Origin: Amoebidium appalachense
Lineage: Eukaryota; Protista; Ichthyosporea
DNA length: 64,000 bases
Direction of reading: 5' to 3'
Assembly (NCBI GenBank): GCA_963693365.1
Contig: CAVNZM010000011.1
Span: 3,453,098 to 3,517,097, forward strand
A program made the translations under genes and the position numbers. Under the pieces are notes generated by a model, which did no database searches, was not told where the DNA came from, and was given only the letters and a program-made list of their open reading frames with translations. This document shows positions 9,408-19,025 of the stretch, piece after piece. How positions within the stretch are numbered: the first letter of the stretch is position 1; each line of letters starts with the position of its first letter.

Positions 9408-10238
9408 TTATTTGGACTTTTTGAGGATCTCGCGGGGGCGCTCTACCAGCATGCCAAGGGAAGTGTGTGGGGGGACCAGGTGGATGATCTCGGTGGCGCT
9501 CTCCGTGGTGTTGTACGGCTCGCTTAGGAGCACCACGGAGTCGTACCCACGGGCCCGGGCCTCATTGATGAGGTCGAAGTCGTAGAAGTCGAAGTAGCCC
9601 GTTCCAACAATGGAGCTGTAGTGCGCGCCGCTGCGCATGAGCTCGACGAGTCTGTCCACCTCGGCCACGTAGTGCTTCTTGTTCTGCGTTTTGGAGAGCA
9701 CCTGAGACACGAAGTACTGGTCGCCCGGATGGAAGGACTCTTTGGTCAGTCGGTTGTGGAAGTTCCAGTTTAGCTGCACCAGCGCGTCCAGCTTGGTTTT
9801 GGCCACCAGGGGGTTGGCCAGGTTCAGGTACAGGGCGGTGGTGTCTGGGGCGGCATAGTAAAAGGTATAGGTGGGGCCATTTGGTGCCTTGCGTACGTCA
9901 CTGGCCCGTCCGAACCGCATGACCTCCACGTACCCCCTGCTAAACGACTCCAGTTTGGGAAACGGCCGCGTGGTGCACGTCGTCGAGGGCTCACGGTACA
10001 GCTTGTCCCGCCTACAGAATTTTGGCGGGTTTTTAAGAAGGAAGTAAGCGTTGCGCCTGCGCAGGTCGAATGGGCAGCTGTCGGTCTTGTGCACGGCCTT
10101 CATGTAGTGTGGGTTGCAGCGGCTGGCCTTGAGCTTGTCGTAGCTGAAGACGCGCTTGCGGGCGCTGCTGTTGAACAGGTGCTTGTACTCGGTGATGGGC
10201 CGTAGCGGCCTGCGCTCACGCGTGCTGGGTGCGTCCAT
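9408..10238 (-). CDS. Hypothetical protein, possible ADP-ribosyltransferase-like fold
   Basis: ORF clear (likely start MDAPST); C-terminal ARARGYDSVVLLSE...TEIIHL. Confidence 0.6.
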   Translation of the reverse strand: MDAPSTRERRPLRPITEYKHLFNSSARKRVFSYDKLKASRCNPHYMKAVHKTDSCPFDLRRRNAYFLLKNPPKFCRRDKLYREPSTTCTTRPFPKLESFSRGYVEVMRFGRASDVRKAPNGPTYTFYYAAPDTTALYLNLANPLVAKTKLDALVQLNWNFHNRLTKESFHPGDQYFVSQVLSKTQNKKHYVAEVDRLVELMRSGAHYSSIVGTGYFDFYDFDLINEARARGYDSVVLLSEPYNTTESATEIIHLVPPHTSLGMLVERPREILKKSK

Positions 10239-10245
10239 CGTGTTG

Positions 10246-10455
10246 TCAGTTGGCCTTCTTTTTTTGCTCGGGGGCCACCGCAGCCGCCTTGGCACTGCGC
10301 GACCGGAAAATCTCCTCGTACATCTTCTCCATGGACGGCCGCGGGGTCTGCTCGGTCACCTCCCTGCCGTTGAGCTGCAGGTACGTGATCAGTTGGGCAG
10401 TGGAAAGGTGGTCGGCCAGACCCACGTGTGGGGATGTGCGGGCGTGCTTGCGCAT
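10246..10455 (-). CDS. Small hypothetical protein
   Basis: 69-aa ORF filling the gap between minus-strand genes. Confidence 0.45.
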   Translation of the reverse strand: MRKHARTSPHVGLADHLSTAQLITYLQLNGREVTEQTPRPSMEKMYEEIFRSRSAKAAAVAPEQKKKAN

Positions 10456-10485
10456 GTTCTACAGGAGGGGGAACAATTTACAACT

Positions 10486-10869
10486 TTACTCAAGCACCCG
10501 CCCGGGGTTCAGCAGCACCAGGGCCTCCTTGGGCCCGCCCTGGGCCTTGCTGCCCCGCACGTACCAGCCGTCCACGCCGAACGCCTGGCACAGCGTGCGT
10601 GCGCGGCGCTGCTGCACGGCCGTCAGCTTCGTGCGCTGCGAGAGCGCCAGCAGGAGCTGCTTCTCGGGGCTGGGCTGCCCGAGGTCGGGGAGGAGCAGCG
10701 TGATGTCGGTCTTGACGGTGTACTGGACGGCATGGACGCCCCTCTTCGCGAGGTGCGTGCCGTTGCTGAGGATGCGGGCGCCCTTACGGATAGCGAGGGT
10801 GACGTTGCCGTTGAAGTGGCGGGAGTTGCACATCTTGCGGTCGAGACACAACCCGTTCGGTGCGGGCAT
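10486..10869 (-). CDS. Hypothetical protein (GxDG...E.LVLxNP motif)
   Basis: 127-aa ORF; LCQAFGVDGWY...EALVLLNP. Confidence 0.55.
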   Translation of the reverse strand: MPAPNGLCLDRKMCNSRHFNGNVTLAIRKGARILSNGTHLAKRGVHAVQYTVKTDITLLLPDLGQPSPEKQLLLALSQRTKLTAVQQRRARTLCQAFGVDGWYVRGSKAQGGPKEALVLLNPGRVLE

Positions 10870-10999
10870 TTACGAGGGGCTTGCATTATGTGAGGTGCTT
10901 TCGGCTTGGCACGCTGCGGCTGTTGGTTTTTGCACTTCAAGGGCTTCCTGGCGAAGGTATAAAAGGCCAACACACTCCCACAGGAGCTCAGTCTGCAAC

Positions 11000-11527
11000 A
11001 TGGAGTTCCCAACATCTTCTACTGACTCCAAGACCATGACTGGGAGAGGCGACATCGACCTTGATAGTGACGAAGACTACTTCCGGCTTCGCATTGCATC
11101 CCTGCCATCAGAAGCTTCTCCTGACATGCGCTTGGATGAGTGCGAGTATGGCCGTAGGCTTGCACGCGAGGTGTCCCATGATGCCGTGATCATGTTGTGG
11201 CACAAACACCAAAAATTTGAACACCGCTTCAACCCGGGCTACTGGAACAGTTTTTTCAAGTGGCACATGAATGTGGACCCGGGGCTCCCAGTGTACAACT
11301 CCCTCAGCGACGTGGAGTTGGCTCTGCGCACCGCCGTCTGTCGTCTGCACAAAGTGTCTTCACTGAACTGTCTGACCTACAACCAGCTCTACAACGTGCT
11401 GAAGCGGCTTGCCGTGATGAGATGTGCTCCAGCACAGAAGTTTGAGTTGCAGCTTGTCTTCGGCGACAAGCTTTCCAATGCACCAGCAGTCAAACGTGAC
11501 CGCGCCACTGGGCTGGGGAGCATGTAA
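11000..11527 (+). CDS. Hypothetical protein
   Basis: Real start probably ATG 11000 (MEFPTSS), ~40 nt after the TATA motif at 10954-10966. Confidence 0.7.
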   Translation: MEFPTSSTDSKTMTGRGDIDLDSDEDYFRLRIASLPSEASPDMRLDECEYGRRLAREVSHDAVIMLWHKHQKFEHRFNPGYWNSFFKWHMNVDPGLPVYNSLSDVELALRTAVCRLHKVSSLNCLTYNQLYNVLKRLAVMRCAPAQKFELQLVFGDKLSNAPAVKRDRATGLGSM

Positions 11528-12227
11528 GAGCTGCTTCCAGCACCGCGTTTATGACGTCTTCAACTCTAAAGCCTTCGCCGTGTGGATTGTATTTGATAAC
11601 CGTCAAGCCCTTGCTCTTGAGAAAGGCATCTCGTGTCTGTTCGTATTTCTCATCCCTGTCTTTATGACCATGTTCGTCACATTCTACCACAAGCCCCAAA
11701 GAAGCATAATACAAATCGACCCTATAACTGCCGATGTAGACTTCTCGTTTTCCGTGTAGACAAGCAGTTGCACGCATGACCATTTCAATTGTTTCACTTT
11801 CTATGCATGTTGCTTTTGAATTTGGTATCCATGTTAGCATAACGTCACGGAGCCTAAAGAGGTCAAGATACAATTGCTTGTGCTTGTTGGCCATCTTGCT
11901 GGACAAGATTCCATAGGCAAGTATCTGTCTGGATGTTTGGGCATCTGTGACCGGTGTTGGATATCCTCTTCCAGCCCCTGCCACAGAGTTGAAATAAAAA
12001 GGCTCGCCTACACGGCCTTTGTACCTCTTGAAGCCTTTAAATACATCACGAGAACGTTGTGTCGTTCGTCCGGTAATCGGGTTATTCATTCGCAGTTTAT
12101 GGATAACATAATCGGGCGGCATGCCAAGCACGCTGAGGAGGTCGTTGACAAATATGCCGCCATCCTCACACACACGTACCTTTATGCCCAGAAGGACTGC
12201 GTGTTTGAACTCCTTCATGTCATACAT
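11490..12227 (-). CDS. Bro-like N-terminus plus Vsr/DUF559-type endonuclease
   Basis: YRVDLYY..LVVECDEHGHKDRD..E..RD.FL...VIKYNP..F.V.DVIN; N-terminal GxG..TPV motif shared with 28013..28930. Confidence 0.8.
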   Translation of the reverse strand: MYDMKEFKHAVLLGIKVRVCEDGGIFVNDLLSVLGMPPDYVIHKLRMNNPITGRTTQRSRDVFKGFKRYKGRVGEPFYFNSVAGAGRGYPTPVTDAQTSRQILAYGILSSKMANKHKQLYLDLFRLRDVMLTWIPNSKATCIESETIEMVMRATACLHGKREVYIGSYRVDLYYASLGLVVECDEHGHKDRDEKYEQTRDAFLKSKGLTVIKYNPHGEGFRVEDVINAVLEAALTCSPAQWRGHV

Positions 12228-12429
12228 GGTGTAAGATAATTTTAAAAACCGCTAGGCAAAGTACCCGTTCAGTTCGTTCAGCAGGTTCAGCAGCATGGCC
12301 GCAAACAGCACGAACGTGGCAATCAGTCGCGCGTACTTGAGCTTGTAGTCAAACGTCCATTGGTCGGGCAGGAGCTTCATGTTGCTTCAGCCCCCTATTT
12401 TATTGCCTGGTTGCCCCGTCCCCACCCCC

Positions 12430-13536
12430 TTACCCCTCCTTCGTCTCCTTGCCCTGGTTCAACATCTCCGCCAGCCTTCGCTTGCGCGCCTGCATGCGCG
12501 TGCGCGTCTCCTGGTCCACGTAGTCGTCGTCGTCCGAGGTCTCGACGTCCTCGCCGGCCGCCCGGCGTGACTCGCGGTCGGTGACGTAGGCGCCGTAGAG
12601 GTCCGTGATGACCCGTGCGTCCTTGTTGATGGGATGCGGGAACCCGGCCACCAGCTCCGGCAGCCGCGGCGTGCACTTCTGCACGCGCACGCGCACGTAC
12701 TGCACGCGGAGCATCTCGTAGCGCGCGAGCAGCGTCTCGTGGTCGTCCTTGAGCTTGTTGAACTGGATCTCCTTCTGCTGCAGCGCGGCCACGCGGGCGT
12801 TGAGGTGGCGGATGTGCTCGACGTAGCGCTCGCACTCGGGGTTGCTGCGCTTCATCTTCTCCAGTTGGTCCTTGAGCAGCTCGTTCTCGCGCTTGGCCGC
12901 GTGCAGCTGGCCCTTGTCCTCCACCGTCTCCTTGAGCGACTTGTAGTTGGCCCGCAGCTCCACCAGCTCGCGGTTGTTGGTCTCGGCGTTCTGGATGGAC
13001 TCGCGTGCCTCGCGCAGGTCCAGCATGATCGCACGGGCGGTGGACTCGTCCACGCCCTTGCGCTGCAGCGTGCTCTGGTCGCCGATGCCCTGCAGGATGT
13101 GCACCAACACGTTGGCAATCTCGCGTGTGAGCGCGCCGTTGCTGCGGTTGGTCCCGTTCAGCTGCTCGCGGAACCGGGACATGTCAATGGGCAACTTCCA
13201 CACGACCTCCTTCGAGTCCTTGTTTATATTCCCGTCCTTGTCCAAAGTGGGCATGTCCGAAAACGCCAGCTCCACAGCCATTGTAGCAGTGGAGTTGTCA
13301 CTGGCAAATGATTGCAGGGCAGTTTCGATGGCCGGCGGGAGTTTGTTGTAGATGTCGCCGATCACTTTCTGGTGGCTCGAGATGACGGCGTTGTTTTGGT
13401 TCAACAGCTTGGCGATCATATCGGTTACACTCTTGATGTCCTGTGTTTGCACGATGCCACTCGGCCCTCCACCCCCAAACTTCAATTTCGTGAGGATCTC
13501 TATAGCCCTGTTAAGATCATCCTGGCTCATGCTCAT
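12430..13536 (-). CDS. Coiled-coil hypothetical protein
   Basis: Long ORF with heptad-rich central part; start probably MSMSQDD. Confidence 0.75.
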   Translation of the reverse strand: MSMSQDDLNRAIEILTKLKFGGGGPSGIVQTQDIKSVTDMIAKLLNQNNAVISSHQKVIGDIYNKLPPAIETALQSFASDNSTATMAVELAFSDMPTLDKDGNINKDSKEVVWKLPIDMSRFREQLNGTNRSNGALTREIANVLVHILQGIGDQSTLQRKGVDESTARAIMLDLREARESIQNAETNNRELVELRANYKSLKETVEDKGQLHAAKRENELLKDQLEKMKRSNPECERYVEHIRHLNARVAALQQKEIQFNKLKDDHETLLARYEMLRVQYVRVRVQKCTPRLPELVAGFPHPINKDARVITDLYGAYVTDRESRRAAGEDVETSDDDDYVDQETRTRMQARKRRLAEMLNQGKETKEG

Positions 13537-13599
13537 TTGCTCTTGCCCCACATAATGCAGCTTTGGCCACACCCCACCGCATTATTCCCTTGGTCAACA

Positions 13600-13830
13600 A
13601 TGTCCGTGCTCGCCAACGTGATGATGTTTGTCTTCTGGGCGCTCGCCGTCGGCTCCATGGCCGGGTTCATGAGCCTGTACAGCGCCATGACGAAGGAGAA
13701 GTGCGTCGAGGCCGCCGTGAAGAACAGGTACGAGGCCTCGAACACTGCCGTGATGGTGGCCCTGGTGGTCACCGTGTTTGCGTACCTCATCTACGGCGTG
13801 TACGCGTCGGCCTCCTCCGCGCAGGTATAA
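13600..13830 (+). CDS. Small two-TM membrane protein
   Basis: MSVLANVMMFVFWALAV...AVMVALVVTVFAYLIYGV; GC3-rich codons. Confidence 0.7.
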   Translation: MSVLANVMMFVFWALAVGSMAGFMSLYSAMTKEKCVEAAVKNRYEASNTAVMVALVVTVFAYLIYGVYASASSAQV

Positions 13831-13867
13831 AGGGAGCTCGTCCGCAATTGTTGCGCCCAGTCTCAGT

Positions 13868-14260
13868 ATGGGTGCCGTCGCCTCGCAGCCCATCGTGTGC
13901 GCGCCGGTGCAGACCTTCTTCGTCACCACGGACGCCGACTGCTCGCCCGTCCTGGTCACCAACCGTCTCATGGGCACGCTGACCGTGGACTCGACCCGCG
14001 TGACCGTGTGGGCGTCCACGCGCCCGCTCTACTTTCTGCCCACCACGGGCCTCAAGGCCATGCCCCCGGACCAGTACCTGCCGGCGGCCGTGCAGCACGG
14101 CTGCGACGCACTGCTGGCGAACCGGCTGGTGCTGGGGGGCGACCCCGAGTCGCTGGGGCTCGTGCGCCTGGCCGACATGACGCCGCGCGAGTTCAAGCAG
14201 TACCGGCCGATCTTCGTGTCCGGCACCGTCACCACGTCCATCACCGTGCCGCAGCTCTAG
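13868..14260 (+). CDS. Putative myristoylated protein
   Basis: Starts MGAVAS (MGxxxS); TATA motif at 13821-13834. Confidence 0.65.
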   Translation: MGAVASQPIVCAPVQTFFVTTDADCSPVLVTNRLMGTLTVDSTRVTVWASTRPLYFLPTTGLKAMPPDQYLPAAVQHGCDALLANRLVLGGDPESLGLVRLADMTPREFKQYRPIFVSGTVTTSITVPQL

Positions 14261-14915
14261 GCGTCATAGTCTCGCACCACGCCAGGTCCTTGAGGAACAG
14301 CCCCATGTTGAAGTACTGCACCAGGCTGTTGAGTCCCGCCAGGAACGGCCGCCGAAACATCGGGTTGCCGGCCATCCCCGGCACCGGGTGGTTCCAGCGC
14401 GACTTGAGCGCCACCTCGAACACCTCGTCCGCGAGGAACCACTGCATGTTGCGCTTCTCCAGGAAGTCGTACTTGACGCGCAGCGTGCCGTCGCGCACCT
14501 CCGTCGACCCCGGCAGAGCCAGCTGGCCTGCCGACAGCGCCTGGCGCGCAGCCCGGAACCGGTGCGGCAGGTGCGGGTCAAATGGGATCTGCACCATATA
14601 CGTAATAAAGTAGCGGTTCTGACCGGCCGCTCCCGCAAACCTGAGCACGTACGCCCGGTCCCGCAGGATGCCCTCGAGCATCGGGCGGGGGATCACAGTG
14701 TCCAGTGTCTCCTCGTAGAACTCCATGACCGTGGTCTCCTCCACGGTCAGGCCCGCCTTGAGCCTCCCGCCAAACACCCCGTACCTCCCGTCACTGTCCT
14801 CCTGTCCGAGGAGGAACAGCACGCGGCGGTCGTGCACGGCGTAGGGTAGTACGCCGGCGCCGATGATGCGACAGTCATCGTCGTGGTAGGGGATGCACAT
14901 GTCCAGGACCTTCAT
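14241..14915 (-). CDS. NUDIX hydrolase (NCLDV type)
   Basis: GAGVLPY....FLLGQE...FGG......EETTVMEFYEETL variant Nudix box; later FLEK..MQWF. Confidence 0.85.
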   Translation of the reverse strand: MKVLDMCIPYHDDDCRIIGAGVLPYAVHDRRVLFLLGQEDSDGRYGVFGGRLKAGLTVEETTVMEFYEETLDTVIPRPMLEGILRDRAYVLRFAGAAGQNRYFITYMVQIPFDPHLPHRFRAARQALSAGQLALPGSTEVRDGTLRVKYDFLEKRNMQWFLADEVFEVALKSRWNHPVPGMAGNPMFRRPFLAGLNSLVQYFNMGLFLKDLAWCETMTPRAAAR

Positions 14916-15039
14916 CAAGTGGAGGGGAGATAATCTGGGGTGGGGTCGGTGCCAAACTCACCAGAAACTTGGGGGCGAGCGCGCCCGGCCGGTCTGGGTG
15001 AATATCGGGTGAACCAGGGTGGCTTCAGCGCGAAGGGGT

Positions 15040-15470
15040 CAAAAAACGGTCAAAGCAGCGCAGGGTTGGCCAATATCAGGTGAAGCTAGCGCGAAGTTGG
15101 TGAATATTTGTGTTTTTTTAATTAAATAAATTGGCGCCATCCCCGGCCAATATCCAGCGAACCCCAAAACGAAGTCGGACCCCAGCCAATATCCAGTGAA
15201 CCCCAAAATGATGTCGCGCGATCCCCAGCCAAATATCCAGGTGAACCCAAAACGAGTGCTCCCTCCGCGCGCCCCCAGAACCTCAGTCAATATCGATCGA
15301 TCCCGGAGATCGTTTTCAATAATGCTTGAATCAGATTCACCCGCTATTCGATCTGATTGGTCGAAAACGGCCAAGATCGATCGAGCCCGGGATTTCACAC
15401 TCTGACCAATCAGAGCGCGCAGAAATTCAAAGCCAGTGCTCCGATGTTTCAGCCAATCAGAGCGCCCCAC
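15040..15470. repeat. Non-coding viral repeat region (CCAATATCC..GAACCCAAAA iterons, CCAAT boxes), paralogous to 33810-34345
   Basis: Shared segments such as GAAGCTAGCGC and AATAATGCTTGAATC..ATTCACCCGCTATTC.ATCTGATTGGTCGAAA. Confidence 0.75.
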
Positions 15471-15709
15471 ATTAGATCACGAGACCCAGCCAGTCTGTTT
15501 CAACTCATTCGCAAATATCTTTATTTATTTTGAGAGTGGCCAGGTGCGCTCCAAATAAAAAAAATGCAATGCAATCCCGTTGGACCAAACTTTGTAAGGT
15601 ATTTGCATCCCGGGCCCCGAATTTTACACACCTGGCCAGCCAGATGATACAAAACACACCCGAACCCGCCATCCCCACAGCAGCCCTGCCAATTGTTGGG
15701 GATGACAGG

Positions 15710-16636
15710 CTACCCCAGCACGTGCTTCTCCAGGAAGCGCACGGGGTACACCTTGACCGGGCGCAGGTCCCCCTGCACCATCTTCAACGTCTCCTCGGGC
15801 TCGCAGCCCTCCTGCTCGCGCCACGTGCGTGCGAGCATCCGGCCGACCGTGCTGCTGGACCTGTCGGTGATGCCCCGGTCGACGAGGAACTTCCCGACGG
15901 TCACGTACCCGCCGATCGCAGACTCCTCGATGGCCGCACGCTCGCCGGCGGGCACGAGCACGTTGGCCACGGCGTCGTTGAGCAGCATGCGCATGCGCGG
16001 GTCCCTGTCGAGGCCGAACTCCTCGAGGAGGCTGCGGTAGCTCTTGATGTTCTCCACACGCATGCGCCCGCCGCGCCGTTCTCAATCAGCATGCGCTCGA
16101 CCTCGGCCTCCTCCCGCTTCACGCGCAGCCGACGCTCCTCCTCCAGCTCCTCGCGGCGCCGCTTGCGGTCGGGGGTCTCGTCGGTGCCGTTGCGGAAGAA
16201 CTCACGCTCCTCGGGGGTGCTGGCGTCGTAGCGCGCCTCAATCTCGGGGATGAGGGAGACGTCGCCGGAAAGCAGCCGGGCTATGTAGGTGGCACACGTC
16301 CTGCGGAACTCGTGGGCGCGCTTGCCGGGAAGCAGGAAGATGATCTCGAGGAGGACACGGAAGGGGGCCACATCAGTCTGGTTGCCCTTCCCGTTGATTT
16401 GGTCAACCCGTGAGTCTGCCTCACGAGTTCACTCACGGGTGGATCCTTGGTATCCTTCAGGGCCTTCCAGGCTTGTCGAGCAGCATCTCGGCTTTCCAAG
16501 CACAATTGAAATTGCTGTATCCAGGACACTTGCCATCTTCGTATCTTCGTCAATCACGTAGGACACTGCCCTTGAACTGGGGGAACTCCTTCCAGAGCAT
16601 CGACATGTCGCCTTTTTTGTTCTGCTCGCCAGCCAT
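15710..16636 (-). pseudogene. Frameshifted Bro-like paralog of 28013..28930
   Basis: MAGEQNKKGDMSMLWKEFPQFK, KMASVLD, DAARQAWKAL, APFRVLLEIIFLLPGKRAHEFR and VKVYPVRFLEKHV lie in different frames. Confidence 0.85.
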
Positions 16637-16832
16637 GCTGTGTCCGACTGGCCTCCTCTGCCGGGCGCTGCTCTTTTATACCTTCAGACCAGGAGAACGG
16701 GAGCCCCGACGCCCGGCACGGTTGGTGTCGGCCTCCCAGGCTGCCAGCCGCTTGTCGTAGCCAGAGTAAACTGCATCAACACGGAAAGTGCGCCGGACGT
16801 GCACATGTAGCAATCTTTTTGGGGTCCCGGGT

Positions 16833-18974
16833 ATGGCGAATATTCTGGAGGATCTGGACTTGGTGGAAAACATGGAGGACGAGGACACGGACAGCATGGA
16901 GGACGAGGGCACGGACAGCATGGAGGACGAGGACACGGACCCCTTCTCAGATGCGTATTTTGAAGTCCTGGAAGCTGCAGGGGTTGTTGAGCCTGGCACG
17001 ACGGTCGACGACTGGTTCTGCGCCGACCCGGCAGACATAAGTGCGCTCCGGACAGGTAGAAACTGGTGGCCGAACAAGCGCGCTGTTCAGGAGGCCGTGG
17101 ACAACGGCACGGTGCAGCGGGCGATTGAGCGCCTGCAACAGCAGGGCCTGGAAATGCCCGAAGGACGGGGGATGGAAGACCTAATAATCGAAACGCTGGT
17201 GTTCATGCGCGTGGCCCGCCAGGCACTCTCCGAGTCTGGGATGGTGCGAAAGGTGTCAACCTTGTGGGGTGGGGAGCCTGAGAACCGCGACCCCTACATA
17301 CGCGAAAATCTGGAAGATCTGGTGAGCCCCGCCGTGCGCGAAGAGGTAAAGGCGGCCAAGCGCAATGGGGACGAGAATGCCATTCAAAATATTATGGATG
17401 ATCCGGAAATCCGCGCCCAGATCACAGACGCGCTGTGGTGCAGGGCTGCTCGCAGGGCCAATCGTCTCAAGCGCCTGGAAACAGCTCTGTACATGTCCGA
17501 GGGGCTCACCAAGAGAGAGTACATATTCAGGTACGCAGATGAGTTGTTTCCCTCGTACGCCGCGGCACGGATACGTGATATACCAATGGGTGATAACGAA
17601 GCATGGGAAAGGGCCGTCGAAACTGAAATGCTAGACGAAGCTGTGGTGGAGGAAGTCCGGAAGAAACTTATGAAACGCGCCACCAGTATTGGCGGCAAAT
17701 ATGTCGGAATCTTCCAGTTGGCTCTCAACGAGATGATAGCAAGCCACGGTGGCGTCATTCCAAACATGCAACAACGTCCCCACAATGGCGATGTCGAAAT
17801 GGCTGTAGAACCCGAAGCCCCGGATTCGGATTCGATGCCCCAGGCTCCATCTGGTAGCACTGCACCGGTGTCCGGGTCTGCCATGGATCTTTCGCACGCG
17901 GAGGGCGATGAAGATGATGCGAACATTTTCGAATGGACCGCACAAGGCCTTGTCAAACTATTTGCTACGTTGACCGCTGACTCTCCGCACCAGGCGAATC
18001 GGCTTTGTTATGAGCACAAGTGGGAGCTTGTTGACAAGTTTGAGTTGTTCGCGCGCGGTGCGCTCGAGATCGCCAGACGACGTCAAATGAAAGAAGATTT
18101 GGGCAAAATGCTGAAGGCAGATTTGGACGCAGAAGAGGCAGACGCTAAAGACGAAGAGGACGAGGAGGACCGCGCGTTTGTGGTCCCTGATGACGACCCG
18201 GAGGTGCAGCCACCAGACAACAATGCACCCGACACCCTTTCCGACGAGCTCCGCGACCTGAGGGCTGCGGTACAGATTGCACAACCCGAGACCAGGATCG
18301 AAGCCGTGAGGCAGGTTCTTGACTGGCTGGCGAGACAGCCGAACGGGGTGTACCACCCACCGCCGCCACGGATGCTGTTCCACAGGTTGCCGTCTCCATT
18401 GGACCTGTCAGACTGGCTCACCCGGACGATTTCTCCCATGGATGAAGAGGACATGAGGATCCCAGAAGGGGTTTACAACGCGCTGCAGAAGTGGATCAGG
18501 TACACGAAACTTAGACGCCTAGAAGCCCTGCGCGCAAATTTCAGACCGGCCCCGTCGACCGCGGAGTTAGAGGCATACGTAGAGAGAATGTACAGGGCGA
18601 TCAACGGCTTGCTCCCGGATCGCTTCCACAACCACACTAATGATTGGACGGGACGGTTTGATGCCTACCCCAGCGAAACAGCAGCCATCATACTCCTTTC
18701 TGGGGCAGAACCCCGGGGGGATCCATTGGCGGCGGCAGACGGCGACCCCATATTTGCGAGGATGCTCATCATCGCCGCAGGGGTCCAGGGATTGCACGAT
18801 GCAGGGGTTTTTCAGTTTACAGGTGTGGAGTCGCCGGTTAGACCGGTGGTTGAAGACTTGCCATTAGGACCGGCTGGCAATACCCGGTGGACGCGGTCTG
18901 GAACAACGCATGCCCTGAGGACCACCAAAAGGCAAAGGAGACAGCTCAGGCATTACAGGCCACCCGGGCAGTAA
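16833..18974 (+). CDS. Large acidic helical hypothetical protein
   Basis: ~713 aa from MANILED; three 24-bp MEDExTDS repeats at the N-terminus. Confidence 0.85.
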   Translation: MANILEDLDLVENMEDEDTDSMEDEGTDSMEDEDTDPFSDAYFEVLEAAGVVEPGTTVDDWFCADPADISALRTGRNWWPNKRAVQEAVDNGTVQRAIERLQQQGLEMPEGRGMEDLIIETLVFMRVARQALSESGMVRKVSTLWGGEPENRDPYIRENLEDLVSPAVREEVKAAKRNGDENAIQNIMDDPEIRAQITDALWCRAARRANRLKRLETALYMSEGLTKREYIFRYADELFPSYAAARIRDIPMGDNEAWERAVETEMLDEAVVEEVRKKLMKRATSIGGKYVGIFQLALNEMIASHGGVIPNMQQRPHNGDVEMAVEPEAPDSDSMPQAPSGSTAPVSGSAMDLSHAEGDEDDANIFEWTAQGLVKLFATLTADSPHQANRLCYEHKWELVDKFELFARGALEIARRRQMKEDLGKMLKADLDAEEADAKDEEDEEDRAFVVPDDDPEVQPPDNNAPDTLSDELRDLRAAVQIAQPETRIEAVRQVLDWLARQPNGVYHPPPPRMLFHRLPSPLDLSDWLTRTISPMDEEDMRIPEGVYNALQKWIRYTKLRRLEALRANFRPAPSTAELEAYVERMYRAINGLLPDRFHNHTNDWTGRFDAYPSETAAIILLSGAEPRGDPLAAADGDPIFARMLIIAAGVQGLHDAGVFQFTGVESPVRPVVEDLPLGPAGNTRWTRSGTTHALRTTKRQRRQLRHYRPPGQ

Positions 18975-19025
18975 ACAAGCGAACACAATCGAAGCCACCA
19001 AAGTTTTGGGGTGTTGAATCTATAG

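Noticed and set aside
10229-10999. 5' extension of the 432-aa ORF
   Set aside because: Antisense to two minus-strand genes; the TATA motif supports a start at 11000.
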